Assembly (NCBI GenBank): GCA_038215615.1
Contig: JBBQQR010000005.1
Location: 1-64,000, forward strand
Reading direction: 5' to 3'
Origin: Vulcanimicrobiales bacterium
Lineage (GTDB): Bacteria; Vulcanimicrobiota; Vulcanimicrobiia; Vulcanimicrobiales; Vulcanimicrobiaceae
Length of the DNA stretch: 64,000 nucleotides
In this document: positions 27,617 to 35,569 of the stretch, one piece after another
Numbering within the stretch: the first letter of the stretch is position 1
Layout: each line of letters starts with the position of its first letter
Notes under the pieces: model-generated
What the model was told of the DNA's origin: nothing
Database searches by the model: none
Seen by the model: only the letters and a program-made list of their open reading frames with translations
Translations under genes and position numbers: made by a program

Positions 27617-29881
27617 TTGAAGATTTCGTCATGCCTCGCCGCGGGCTTCGCCCTGGCAGCCGTGCTCGTTGCCGGGTCGTCCGCGCGTGCGTCGGTCGTT
27701 GCCACCTTGCAGCTTCCGGCCGTGAAAGCTCCGGCGCCGCCGCCGCTCGATCCGTCCATTCCAATCGCACTTTGGCAAGCCGGCGCCATTCCCCAATCGG
27801 GCGGGTTCGAGGATCTGACAACGCGGACGATAGCCCCGCATGCGACGGACGTGTGGATGATGTACGACGCGCGCAACTTGTACGTGGCCTTTCGCGCCGA
27901 GCAGCGCGGCACGCCAATCACGGCCACGCAAACGACGAACGACGTTGGTTTTGGCAACGATGACTTCGTGGGCGTGGAACTCGACACAAGCGGCTCGGGG
28001 TCTAATGTCTACTTCTTCGAAACGACGCCGCGCGGCGTGCGGTACGAACAAGCCAGTGAAAATTCGCGCTTCCGTCCTGTGTGGCAGTCAGCCGCTGCGA
28101 TAAACGGAGACTCGTGGAGCGCCGTCATGATCATTCCGCTCGATGTGCTGCGCATACGCGGCGGCACGAATCAAACCTGGCGCATCAATTTCATTCGCAA
28201 CGTTGCGGCGCCCGCGGAACACTATACGTGGGCGTACGACGGCGTCATGCAGGACGGCCAGGTAGGCAATCAGTTCCCACTCTTCAGCGACGCGCGCTTT
28301 TGGCCGTCGTGGACCGGCATCACGACCGGCGCGACGGCGGCCGCGCGGCCGAAGCCTCGCGCCGAACTCTACACGCTCGAGACGCTTGGCCGGGACCGCA
28401 AACTCTTTGCGCAAGCCAACGGACAATTTTTGCCCGAAACTGTGCGCGTTGCCGGTCTGGACGTCAGCTATCCCCTCACTAGCACAATCAACTTCGTCGG
28501 CACGGTCAATCCGGACTTTTCAAATGTTGAGATCGATCAGCAAACGATCGCTCCGCAAGAGTTCCGCCGTTTTTTGCAAGAGTACCGGCCATTTTTTTCC
28601 CAAGGCGCCACGTACCTCAATCCTAATCAGGCACCTGCGGGCGGGAACGAGCTCTTTTACTCGCCGTCGGTCGGCCCGTTCGACCGCGGTGAGAAGATTG
28701 AAGGAACGTTCGGCCGCCAGGCTTTCGGCGTGCTGAATTTCCGTGGATTCGATCAGACGACCGGGAACACGTTCGACGACACGGCTTTCGGATACACGCA
28801 CACGCTGCAAGACCGTACGTTTCTGTGGTGGGCCGACGGGGTGATGGCGCATCACAGCATCTTCGGCAACGACACGGCACTCGAGGCGGGCATAAAAGGG
28901 CGCAACCTCAAGAATGGTTTCGTCTACGGCATCAACGACGCCAGCGAGCACGGCTCGTGGGTTCCGGGCGGCGTGGCGCACAGCCTCAATGGGTTTATCG
29001 ATGTACATAAGCCCAATTACGAGGTGAACCTCGACTACAGCGACATCAGCCCCAACTACAACCCGCTAGACGGCATTACCGCAAATTCGGATATCCGCGG
29101 CTTTAATTTCTTCGCAGATGCCGGCGGATCGACCAAGGCGATCAAAAACTTCGTCGTCTTCGTGAACGCCGATCGCTTTTTGGACCGCTCCGGCGCCGTG
29201 CATCAAGCCGACTCAAGTATCTTCCTCAACGCGACGTTCAAGAACGCCTTTTCAATCGGCATAGGCCCGTCGATCGACGAGCTGCGCAGTTACTCGTTTG
29301 TCGACCCGGCCGCTTTTCACACCACCTGCAGCGATCCGAATCTTCCGCGCTCGTACTTCACGGGATTCCCCGGCTATTTCTGCGGACGAACCGATACGTT
29401 TAACCTCGCAACGGTGGCGGTGGGCTACCGCGACGGAACCGCCGCGCCGGTCGACTTCCAGGCGGCTTACGGAAAGTTTGGGTTCGGTTTTGTCGGACCC
29501 AACGACAACGGGCCGGACTATCTGCACATCTACTCGTTCACAACGTCGCGGCCGCTCGGGCGCGTCCTTTCGCTGGGACTCGAGTACGACGGCAGTTTCG
29601 AACGCGCGATGACGACGGGCGCGTTCGATTCGCAATGGCTGCGCCGCGTTTCGCTGGGCGCGCAACTCGGTCCGTATGAAAACTTCACGATCTCGCTGCG
29701 TTCGGTCAGCGGCCGAGGCGGTTTCTCGGCGCCGGGCGTCAATCTGGCGGCGACGTATCATCACCGCTTTCGTAGCGGCGACGAACTATTCTTGAACTTC
29801 GGCACGCCCGCGGCCGCGCGCACGCTCGACCGGTTTGTCGTGAAGTATCTCTTCCGCTTCGGCGGCGACGCCGGAACGTAA
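27617..29881 (+). CDS. Secreted CBM9-like/DUF5916-type protein with probable C-terminal outer-membrane beta-barrel
   Basis: Signal peptide; YDARNLYVAF, DDFVGVELD, WRINFIR, VNPDFSNVEID, EYRPFF; ends FVVKYLFRF; GAGGAG SD. Confidence 0.75.
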   Translation: MKISSCLAAGFALAAVLVAGSSARASVVATLQLPAVKAPAPPPLDPSIPIALWQAGAIPQSGGFEDLTTRTIAPHATDVWMMYDARNLYVAFRAEQRGTPITATQTTNDVGFGNDDFVGVELDTSGSGSNVYFFETTPRGVRYEQASENSRFRPVWQSAAAINGDSWSAVMIIPLDVLRIRGGTNQTWRINFIRNVAAPAEHYTWAYDGVMQDGQVGNQFPLFSDARFWPSWTGITTGATAAARPKPRAELYTLETLGRDRKLFAQANGQFLPETVRVAGLDVSYPLTSTINFVGTVNPDFSNVEIDQQTIAPQEFRRFLQEYRPFFSQGATYLNPNQAPAGGNELFYSPSVGPFDRGEKIEGTFGRQAFGVLNFRGFDQTTGNTFDDTAFGYTHTLQDRTFLWWADGVMAHHSIFGNDTALEAGIKGRNLKNGFVYGINDASEHGSWVPGGVAHSLNGFIDVHKPNYEVNLDYSDISPNYNPLDGITANSDIRGFNFFADAGGSTKAIKNFVVFVNADRFLDRSGAVHQADSSIFLNATFKNAFSIGIGPSIDELRSYSFVDPAAFHTTCSDPNLPRSYFTGFPGYFCGRTDTFNLATVAVGYRDGTAAPVDFQAAYGKFGFGFVGPNDNGPDYLHIYSFTTSRPLGRVLSLGLEYDGSFERAMTTGAFDSQWLRRVSLGAQLGPYENFTISLRSVSGRGGFSAPGVNLAATYHHRFRSGDELFLNFGTPAAARTLDRFVVKYLFRFGGDAGT

Positions 29882-29959
29882 CGCTGCGAGAAAAGTAACA
29901 TTGTGCGCGCGAAACAATTGTCGTATGCGCTCTGTATAAGAACATGTATGATGCGTAGT

Positions 29960-30109
29960 ATGAATACGGATGTGAGAGAACGGCACGAGCCGCTGAGCAC
30001 GCTTGCGTTGCCTGAAAATAGAGAGTCGGAACCAACGATTTTACGCGAACGCGTTACGACAATTCCGACACCCTCAGGCGTTTTTTCGGGCTGGGGCCCT
30101 AAAGCTTAG
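29960..30109 (+). CDS. 49-aa peptide ending FSGWGPKA (alternative in-frame ATGs at 29948 and 29951)
   Basis: MNTDVRERHEPLSTLALPENRESEPTILRERVTTIPTPSGVFSGWGPKA*; TATGAT lies 7 nt before the ATG; C-terminus matches 25952-26056. Confidence 0.6.
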   Translation: MNTDVRERHEPLSTLALPENRESEPTILRERVTTIPTPSGVFSGWGPKA

Positions 30110-30359
30110 ACAGGTCGCGCCAGCCGTAGAAGTGTTCGCGGTAGATAAAACCGTCGATCTCTTCGGTTGTTTCGCAGATGACCTCGGCGCCTAACTTCTC
30201 GTAGAAGCGCCGCGCCTGGGTGTTATCCGACAAAACTCGCAACCACGCAGATTGAAAGCCTTTGGCTCGCAGCGCCGTACTCGCGGCGCGGAGCAGTCTT
30301 TTCCCAAGGCCTTGACCTTGCGCCTCCGGCAGTATGTAAATGGCACCGATCTCGCCGGC
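30099..30359 (-). pseudogene. GNAT acetyltransferase, C-terminal fragment without start codon
   Basis: AGEIGAIYILPEAQGQGLGKRLL...WLRVLSDNTQARRFYEKLG...YGWRDLSKL*; N-terminal half missing. Confidence 0.8.
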
Positions 30360-30375
30360 TCGGCGGATCAGGACT

Positions 30376-31089
30376 TCATTTCGCTCGCTGCCAAACAGTC
30401 GTCTCTGACCGGCCGATCAAACTCGACATCGCGCGCACGACGGCCTCGCAATCGGGCGTGCTTACGATGCAGCGCAGCGTCGCCAGACGCCTTTCCGCGG
30501 TGATGGTGTCTCCCGAACGCGTGAGCGTTTCTGTACCGGTCAGGTCTGTGCCGTTGGCGCCTTCTCCGTTTCGCATCTTCCACTGACAGTGGGCCACGTT
30601 ACCGCTGAGCGTGCACGTGCCGGTGCCGGCCGCGCCGGCTGCGTTCTTGAAAGCGTACTCGAGCGATGAGCCCTCCGCGCTCAGGCGGTACGACCAGCCG
30701 CGACCCTCCCAACGCCCAGCCCATTGCGCGGCGCTTGTTGGAGTGCCCGCGCCTTGACACTTCGCGATCAACTCCTCGTAGTTCGCAACCGCGCCCTCCT
30801 CGTTCTTGAGGTTCTGCTCGTACCATTTTAGGAGCCCCTCGTGCTCCGCAAGATCTTTCTTTGCGGCAGCTTCGGCTTCGCCTGAAAGCACCGCGACGCG
30901 ACTTTGCGCAACCGCTATTTCACTCTTCTCGCGCGCGATCACTTGACGAAGCTTCTTGGCCTTGTCGAACGCAAGGTTGCGGCCCTTGACGTAGGCCGAA
31001 CACGGACCGGCCGATGCCGGCGCAGCGGCAATTGCGAACGTGACTGCAAGGAGACTGACGGACAATAGAACTCGAACTAGGTTTTTCAT
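30376..31089 (-). CDS. Secreted hypothetical protein (Cys-bracketed coiled coil plus beta domain)
   Basis: GGAGG SD before ATG 31089; signal peptide; six Cys. Confidence 0.7.
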   Translation of the reverse strand: MKNLVRVLLSVSLLAVTFAIAAAPASAGPCSAYVKGRNLAFDKAKKLRQVIAREKSEIAVAQSRVAVLSGEAEAAAKKDLAEHEGLLKWYEQNLKNEEGAVANYEELIAKCQGAGTPTSAAQWAGRWEGRGWSYRLSAEGSSLEYAFKNAAGAAGTGTCTLSGNVAHCQWKMRNGEGANGTDLTGTETLTRSGDTITAERRLATLRCIVSTPDCEAVVRAMSSLIGRSETTVWQRAK

Positions 31090-31119
31090 TGGACCTCCGC
31101 CATCAAAGGCGCAAAGCAG

Positions 31120-31701
31120 GTGTCGATCGCTCCCGGCCGCGGAGAACTTCAACATCACGACGCAAACTCCCTAAAGAAGGCAACGCGCCGCGAGCTTGGA
31201 AATCGCGGTGGCGTGAAGCCCGAATATCTCCCGGAGTTAAGCCAAGCGGCTTCCTTCATGCTGCATCGCGCCTCGATCGCAGAAATTATTCGTTCGCTAG
31301 AAGCAGAGCTGCTCACGACATCCGAACCATTCGTTTGGGCCTCGCTCGGGCTGCGCGCCCATGATGACACGATGCCCTCGGAGATTCAATCGGCTTGGAT
31401 TTTTGCGCTCAAAGCCGAAACCTGGTCGGGCGCGCATTATCATCCAAATAGCACCCAGCACATGATCGTTATCAGAGGTCAGGGCCGCTCGAGGATCGCC
31501 GGTTCCGAGCACGAGTTAACAACATTTGATCCTAACGCACCTTCAGACGATCAATGGAGCGTCACGGAGCCGGGCGTCCCCCACGAGTTCTATCCGCTAG
31601 CCGAAGACATGATCGTGATGTCGTTTCACACGGCAAAACCCGCCGAATTGCTAGAAGTTTCTGCGGTATCCGACGTAGCTCGTCATTACGGCGCGTCGTA
31701 A
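31120..31701 (+). CDS. Cupin-fold protein (start uncertain, possibly GTG 31213)
   Basis: HYHPNSTQHMIVIRGQG and PGVPHEF cupin motifs. Confidence 0.7.
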   Translation: MSIAPGRGELQHHDANSLKKATRRELGNRGGVKPEYLPELSQAASFMLHRASIAEIIRSLEAELLTTSEPFVWASLGLRAHDDTMPSEIQSAWIFALKAETWSGAHYHPNSTQHMIVIRGQGRSRIAGSEHELTTFDPNAPSDDQWSVTEPGVPHEFYPLAEDMIVMSFHTAKPAELLEVSAVSDVARHYGAS

Positions 31702-31733
31702 CCGACGCGGATGACTACGTCCGGCGGGCGCGG

Positions 31734-32297
31734 TCAGGTTTTCAGACAGGTGCCGATCGACTTGACGACCGTTTTGCCGGTGCTCTGAGCGAAGTGGAGC
31801 ATGTAGCGCGTGGGAGAGAGGCGATCGAACGCCTCGGTAATGGTCTTGTCCGGATAAACGCTGCGGTAGGCGATATGCCGCGCGTCGCTCCCGGTTGCCC
31901 GAAAGACGGTGACCGTGCCCGCGCTTTCGATGAGGACGGCAGTCCATACGGCGTGTTTTGGATCGAAAGTAAGCGTTTCTTCTTCGGATCCGCCGCCGGC
32001 GAATGAATCACGCTGGCGCAGCCAGCTTCCACCGAGATCGAATGCGTACTTCGTCTGGTATGCGATGCGCTGGGAGCCGCCTTCGTACGTGCACGACCAA
32101 CTGCCGACGAGGTACTGCATTGCGTCGAACGGCCCCGCGGCCGGCGGCGCCGTCGCGCCAAGCGCGCAGACCGATAGAGCGGTCGACAACTGACGCCACA
32201 GCGATATGCGCGTCGATGCTACAGTAGATTTCACGCTACGAACCAGTTTGCGCGCATGGATATCTTCCTTGGTGCGCCGAGAGGGGCATAAAACCAC
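31734..32297 (-). CDS. Secreted hypothetical beta-barrel protein (lipocalin-like; start uncertain)
   Basis: MQYLVGSWSCT motif after a hydrophobic leader. Confidence 0.6.
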   Translation of the reverse strand: MVLCPSRRTKEDIHARKLVRSVKSTVASTRISLWRQLSTALSVCALGATAPPAAGPFDAMQYLVGSWSCTYEGGSQRIAYQTKYAFDLGGSWLRQRDSFAGGGSEEETLTFDPKHAVWTAVLIESAGTVTVFRATGSDARHIAYRSVYPDKTITEAFDRLSPTRYMLHFAQSTGKTVVKSIGTCLKT

Positions 32298-32381
32298 GGA
32301 GCTTAAAGCACAAGGCGCGGCGCCACCCTAAGGAGCGAATCATGAGTTCGCGCCTTTGCTAGCGTGAAAGTTTAATCGAGT

Positions 32382-32756
32382 ATGCCGTCTACAAAGAAGA
32401 CCAGCGTGCCGCCCGACAAGAATCGTCTTTATGAGAAATTGGTCGCCAGCGTACCCGAAATAGCAACAAAAGCGAATTTCGGAGCGTCATACACGGCGAT
32501 CAACGGCAATATGTACTCGATGATCTCAAAGTACGGCGTCGTGGGCATCCGGTTACCCGAACCGGTGCGCTCCGAGTTTCTCAAGAAGTTCAACACCAAA
32601 GTTTTTCGCGCTGACCCGGCCTGGCCGCCGAACAAAGAATACGTTGCCGTTCCCGACAGTCTGCTTCCCAAGACTGCGTTGTTACGGCCGTATCTCAAGG
32701 CCAGCTACGAATTTGCGAAATCCCTGCGTCCCAAAGCCACCACGCGCAAGAAGTAA
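32382..32756 (+). CDS. TfoX-N/YjbR-like protein
   Basis: YTAINGNMY, GIRLP, KEYVAVP, SYEFAKSLRPK pattern. Confidence 0.6.
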   Translation: MPSTKKTSVPPDKNRLYEKLVASVPEIATKANFGASYTAINGNMYSMISKYGVVGIRLPEPVRSEFLKKFNTKVFRADPAWPPNKEYVAVPDSLLPKTALLRPYLKASYEFAKSLRPKATTRKK

Positions 32757-32771
32757 GCAACGGAGCTGTAT

Positions 32772-33194
32772 GTGAAGACCTACGGAAAGTCGCGTTCGAC
32801 GCTCGCCTCACCTGAACAAGTTTGGAGCGTCTGGTCGAATCCGGATAATTGGAACCGGTGGAACACCGGCATCAGGGCGTGCGTGATGAACGGGCCGCTG
32901 GTTTCCGGCGCCACGGCCAAAATGGAGACTGCGCACGGCAGCAGTCATGAGGTCCGGTTCGAGGACGTACAGCCGCCACGCGGTTTCACGATGAGCATGA
33001 CCGGTCCGCCCCTCTGCACGTTTACCTTCATCTGCGAGATTACGCCTGACGGTGGAGGCAGCACAATCGCGCAGCGGATCGCAATCCAAGGTCCCCTCGG
33101 TTTCCTATTTGGCGCGCTCATGGGCGCAAAGATGGCCGAACATTTCGTCCCGGTGCTCGACGGTTTGGCGGCTGAGTCGGAATCACGCTCGTAG
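32772..33194 (+). CDS. SRPBCC/START-fold protein
   Basis: ASPEQVWSVWSNPDNWNRW N-terminus and C-terminal helix. Confidence 0.85.
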   Translation: MKTYGKSRSTLASPEQVWSVWSNPDNWNRWNTGIRACVMNGPLVSGATAKMETAHGSSHEVRFEDVQPPRGFTMSMTGPPLCTFTFICEITPDGGGSTIAQRIAIQGPLGFLFGALMGAKMAEHFVPVLDGLAAESESRS

Positions 33195-33246
33195 CTCCGC
33201 GCGTTCTTCCCGCAAAAAACATGTGCGCTCGTTTTCTCGTTTTCTC

Positions 33247-33330
33247 TGCCCAGAAAGGGACTCGAACCCCCACGGCCTTGCGGCCACTGATACCTGAAAC
33301 CAGCGCGTCTACCAATTCCGCCATCTGGGC
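33247..33330 (-). tRNA. tRNA-Leu(CAG), no encoded CCA
   Basis: GCCCAGATGGCGGAATTGGTAGACGCGCTGGTTTCAGGTATCAGTGGCCGCAAGGCCGTGGGGGTTCGAGTCCCTTTCTGGGCA: cloverleaf with long variable arm and anticodon CAG. Confidence 0.97.
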
Positions 33331-33416
33331 TTACAGACTAGCCGCGTCCGCTTCGCGGCTTCCGCGCGGGGCCCTGCGCGAAGGCACCGCGCTTGCGGCG
33401 TTCGAACAGCTCTCGC

Positions 33417-34595
33417 GTGATCCGCCGCCTCGCGCCGATCCTCGGCATCACGTTCATCGACATCCTGGGATTCAGCATGCTGATTCCCTTGCTGCCATAC
33501 TTCGTGACGCACTTTGGCGCATCGCCGTTCGTCGTCGGCGTGCTCTTTTCGACGTTTTCGTTCTGTCAGTTAGTCTCCGGGCCGATCTGGGGCAACGTTT
33601 CGGATCGCATCGGGCGCAAGAGCGTACTGATTATCAGTCAGATCGGCGCGACCATCGGCTGGGCGATGCTAGGCGCCGCCGGCAGCATCGGTTTTGTTTT
33701 TGCCGCGCGCATCATCGAAGGCTTCTCGGGCGGAAACATCGGCGTAACGCAAGCGTACGTTGCGGATCTCGTCGAGCCAAAAGAGCGTTCGCGCGCTTTC
33801 GGTTTGATCGGCGCGACGTTCGGCGCCGGCATGATTTTCGGACCGCTGATCGAGTCGGTGCTTTTCCAGCACTTCGGATATAGCGCGCCGTTTTACGCGG
33901 CCGCCGCGCTACAGGCGGTAACGCTGCTGGCAACGATTCGCTATCTGCCCGAGTCCCGCGGAAAGGGTGAGGAAATCGTTGGACCCTCCGAGATCATTCG
34001 CACGTTCCAAAACAAGACATTCGCGCCGCTGCTGTGGCAAAAATTCGCCTTATCGCTTTCGCTCTACGGCTGGTTCAGCGTGATGGCGCTCTATCTCGCA
34101 AGGCAGCTGCATTTTACACCGGAGCAAACCGACTATTTTTTCTCAAGCACGTCTATGCTCAACGTTTTCGTCAATGTGTTCCTGATCAGCCGCGTCTCGG
34201 ATTGGCTGGGCGACCGCGGCATGTCTACGCTCGGACTAGGGTCGCTCTTTGTGGGGTTCGGACTGCTCTCCATCGTCCATTCGTTCTACGCGCTGGCGAT
34301 CGTTGCGGTGCTGTTTAGTCTCGGGCTCGCGCTGAGCAACAGCGGTTTGACCGCACTCATCAGCGTCGCCGCGGATGCAAAGCGGCAAGGGACGGTGCTC
34401 GGCGTTACGTCGTCGCTCGATTCGCTTTCCGGCATCATCTCGCCGCCGATCTCAACGGCGACTTTGGGCAGCTTCGGCCCTCAATGGTCGGGGGTGTATT
34501 CGTGTTTCTTTGCTTTCGTCGCGTTGATCGCCGGGTTGATACAAACGCGGCGAGAGCCGCGCCACCGCTCGCAACGAAAAGAAGAGGCCGTCTAA
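33417..34595 (+). CDS. MFS transporter (TetA/DHA1-like)
   Basis: FIDILGFSMLIPLLP, GNVSDRIGRK, ARIIEGFSGGN; about 12 TM helices. Confidence 0.92.
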   Translation: MIRRLAPILGITFIDILGFSMLIPLLPYFVTHFGASPFVVGVLFSTFSFCQLVSGPIWGNVSDRIGRKSVLIISQIGATIGWAMLGAAGSIGFVFAARIIEGFSGGNIGVTQAYVADLVEPKERSRAFGLIGATFGAGMIFGPLIESVLFQHFGYSAPFYAAAALQAVTLLATIRYLPESRGKGEEIVGPSEIIRTFQNKTFAPLLWQKFALSLSLYGWFSVMALYLARQLHFTPEQTDYFFSSTSMLNVFVNVFLISRVSDWLGDRGMSTLGLGSLFVGFGLLSIVHSFYALAIVAVLFSLGLALSNSGLTALISVAADAKRQGTVLGVTSSLDSLSGIISPPISTATLGSFGPQWSGVYSCFFAFVALIAGLIQTRREPRHRSQRKEEAV

Positions 34596-34598
34596 AGC

Positions 34599-35450
34599 TT
34601 AGGCGCTCTTGCGGCGTTTGGGCGCGGCCTTGTGGGCCGCGCGTTTCTCCGCATCTGCAGATCTTGCACCGCGCCGCTTCTTGCTCGCCTCGACGCTTTG
34701 CGCCAGCACATCCATGAGGTTGACCACTTTCGAACGCGCCGGCGCTTTCTTGGGCTTGGGCAGTTCCTTACCGGCGGCGCGCGCTTCGATCATTGCGAGC
34801 AACTCTTCGTGGTACGTATTGGTGAATTTCCCGGGTTCGAATTCGTCCACGCTCATCGCATCGATCAGCATCTTGGCCATCTTCATTTCGGGCTCGGGGA
34901 GTTTCGTTTCGCCGGGCAGATCGAGCGTCGACTCTTCGATCATCTCGTCGGCCCAGTGCATGATCTCAAGCACAAGCGCATCGCCCGACGGTTTGACGGC
35001 GGCGATCGTTTCTTTGGTGCGGATCACGACACGTGCGATCGCAACCTTGTTGGCCTTTTCGAGCGCTTCGCGCAGCAGCGCGTAGGCGTGGCGGCCTTGT
35101 TTGGTCGGCTCCAAATAGTACGGCTTGTCAAAATACATCGGGTTGATCTTGTCGAGCTCGACGAACTCCAGGATGTCTACGCTCTGCGTCGCCTCCGGAT
35201 TCACTTTCTTAAAGTCGTCATCGGTGAGGATCACGTAGTCGCCCTTTTCGTATTCGTAGCCTTTGACGATCTCGTCCCACGGCACGGGCTTGTTATCGAC
35301 GGTGCAGATACGCTCGTAGCGGATCCGGCCCTCGTCCTTGGCGTGCAGCATGTTGAACGAGAGATCGTTTCCGCGAACGGCCGTAAAAAGCTTCACCGGA
35401 ATGGTGACCAGCCCGAAGTTGATGGATCCCGACCAAATGGCGTGTGCCAA
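34599..35450 (-). CDS. ku: Ku protein (NHEJ)
   Basis: AIWSGSINFGLVTIPVKL, IVKGYEYEK, PYYLEP, VVNLMDVL and basic tail. Confidence 0.96.
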   Translation of the reverse strand: MAHAIWSGSINFGLVTIPVKLFTAVRGNDLSFNMLHAKDEGRIRYERICTVDNKPVPWDEIVKGYEYEKGDYVILTDDDFKKVNPEATQSVDILEFVELDKINPMYFDKPYYLEPTKQGRHAYALLREALEKANKVAIARVVIRTKETIAAVKPSGDALVLEIMHWADEMIEESTLDLPGETKLPEPEMKMAKMLIDAMSVDEFEPGKFTNTYHEELLAMIEARAAGKELPKPKKAPARSKVVNLMDVLAQSVEASKKRRGARSADAEKRAAHKAAPKRRKSA

Positions 35451-35462
35451 GCAAATGCCCCC

Positions 35463-35471
35463 TGTGGATAA
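35463..35471 (-). promoter_or_regulatory. Perfect DnaA box in the ku leader
   Basis: TTATCCACA on the minus strand. Confidence 0.4.
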
Positions 35472-35485
35472 CAGCGACTTGGATT

Positions 35486-35510
35486 ATACCCGACGAGGGC
35501 CCTCGAAAGC
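35486..35510 (-). promoter_or_regulatory. SigB/SigF-type promoter of ku
   Basis: GCTTT-N14-GGGTAT. Confidence 0.5.
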
Positions 35511-35569
35511 GACCCGCCCCGGCGCTCTCGCCTCAGGGAAACCCCCGAAGAAGCAGCAAATCACCTGCG

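Noticed and set aside
33195..33260. att site or prophage boundary at tRNA-Leu
   Set aside because: No duplicate of the tRNA 3' end and no integrase found in the window.
35463..35471. Replication origin
   Set aside because: Only one DnaA box, with no AT-rich unwinding element or dnaA/dnaN nearby.
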